Shown here one piece after another: positions 63,190 through 64,000 of a stretch of 64,000 nt of DNA. This DNA comes from Lama glama (Eukaryota): contig CM052817.1 of assembly GCA_028534125.1 (NCBI GenBank), forward strand, positions 23,500,001 through 23,564,000, in the 5' to 3' direction. Under the pieces are notes generated by a model that saw only the letters and a list, made by a program, of their open reading frames with translations, did not search any database and was not told where the DNA came from. Position numbers and translations under genes: made by a program. Positions within the stretch are counted from its first letter, which is position 1; every line of letters begins with the position of its first letter.

Positions 63190-64000
63190 TGGATCTTTAA
63201 AGATATCCAAGTTGATCTCTGGGCCACACATAAAAATGAAGTTGAATTGTAACTAAGTACAGGGCCCATGTGTATTACTTGGAAAACAAAAACAAAAACA
63301 AAAAACTGTTTCCATCAGTAACTCAATACCCACTCTCCAGAGATACAGAGCAAGGGAATGAACCCACAGCTGGGTGTACATGTCTTTACTTCCTCACCTG
63401 TAACACTCCACTCCTGCCAATGAACAAAGAAGGTAAATTTGACTCAGATGGGTACACAATCTATTGGTTTGTACAAGACCAACAAGCCATAAATTCCACT
63501 GTAACTCCTCACCATCCCATAGTCTCTAATCCAGTCACTGCACTTACCTCTATCCCTGCTGATGCAGCCTGCTTTACAGTAACTGATGTCTGCTCAGCTT
63601 TTTTTTCAATCCCATTGCATCTTGACTCTCAATTTCTCTTTGCATTTACACGTAGAGGGAGACAGTTAACATGGATGAGCCTACCTGAGGGATGTTATGA
63701 GTCTCTCTCAATATTTTCCCAAGTCCTTAAAACTGACTTACATTCTGCAGTTTTTCCCCAAGGCTCCACTCTTGTTCGTATGTTAATGACGTTTTACTCT
63801 GTAACTGAACTAAGCTGGGTGCCCATATAGCTGAAGGCGCTGGCTGAACAAGGCCATAAAGTCTCCCAATCCAAACTTGAATGGGTACAAAGAACTGTTA
63901 TAAACCTAGAACAGGAGATATCTCAGGGCATTTGAAAGCTCACCCCAAAGTGCTTAGAGTCAATTCTGTGCATTCCTCTCTCTGAAACGGAAAAACTGTT
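63190..64000 (+). mobile_element. Decayed class I (gammaretrovirus-like ERV1) pol RT, truncated by the window end
   Basis: DLWATHKNEV, then ORF 63270-63830: QYPLS, CNTPLLP, FVQDQQAIN, HPIVSNP, FTVTDVCSAFFSIPLHLDSQFLFAFT, QLTWMSLPEG. After a frameshift, TAT GTT AAT GAC (YVND, degenerate YVDD) at 63779-63790, then LKALAEQGHKVSQSKL. Confidence 0.92.

Noticed and set aside
63270..63830. Possible domesticated or active reverse transcriptase gene
   Set aside because: A frameshift precedes the catalytic motif, YVDD is degraded to YVND, and a stop follows downstream.

Overview
AT-rich, CpG-poor mammalian genomic DNA, very probably camelid (alpaca/camel). The evidence is a tRNA-derived SINE of the camelid vic-1 type with a clean 15-bp target-site duplication (TSD), plus young cetartiodactyl-type L1 3' ends. 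I find no credible host protein-coding exon: the listed ORFs are chance frames, repeat-derived frames or artefacts of the N-gap. The window reads as intergenic DNA or a long intron packed with transposable-element fossils: MIR, L2, old L1M, young L1 with TSDs, many MLT1/MLT2 LTRs, LTR33-like and ERV1-type solo LTRs, and hAT MITEs. Main points: (1) a heavily decayed class III (ERV-L-like) RT-connection-RNase H pol fossil on the minus strand at ~40.2-41.6 kb, which the ORF track barely shows; (2) a class I (gamma-like) RT fossil running off the right edge; (3) a 500-N gap bracketed by an L1 3' end and an intact L1 5' promoter end, with no TSD; (4) a nested solo LTR with a triplicated U3 motif; (5) a candidate L1 3' transduction; (6) several repeat-free islands with enhancer/promoter-like motifs and two AG|GT recursive-splice-like sites. 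I do not see evidence for a new multi-gene biological system. Repeat family names come from recalled consensus similarity, not a database search, and boundaries of old repeats are approximate.
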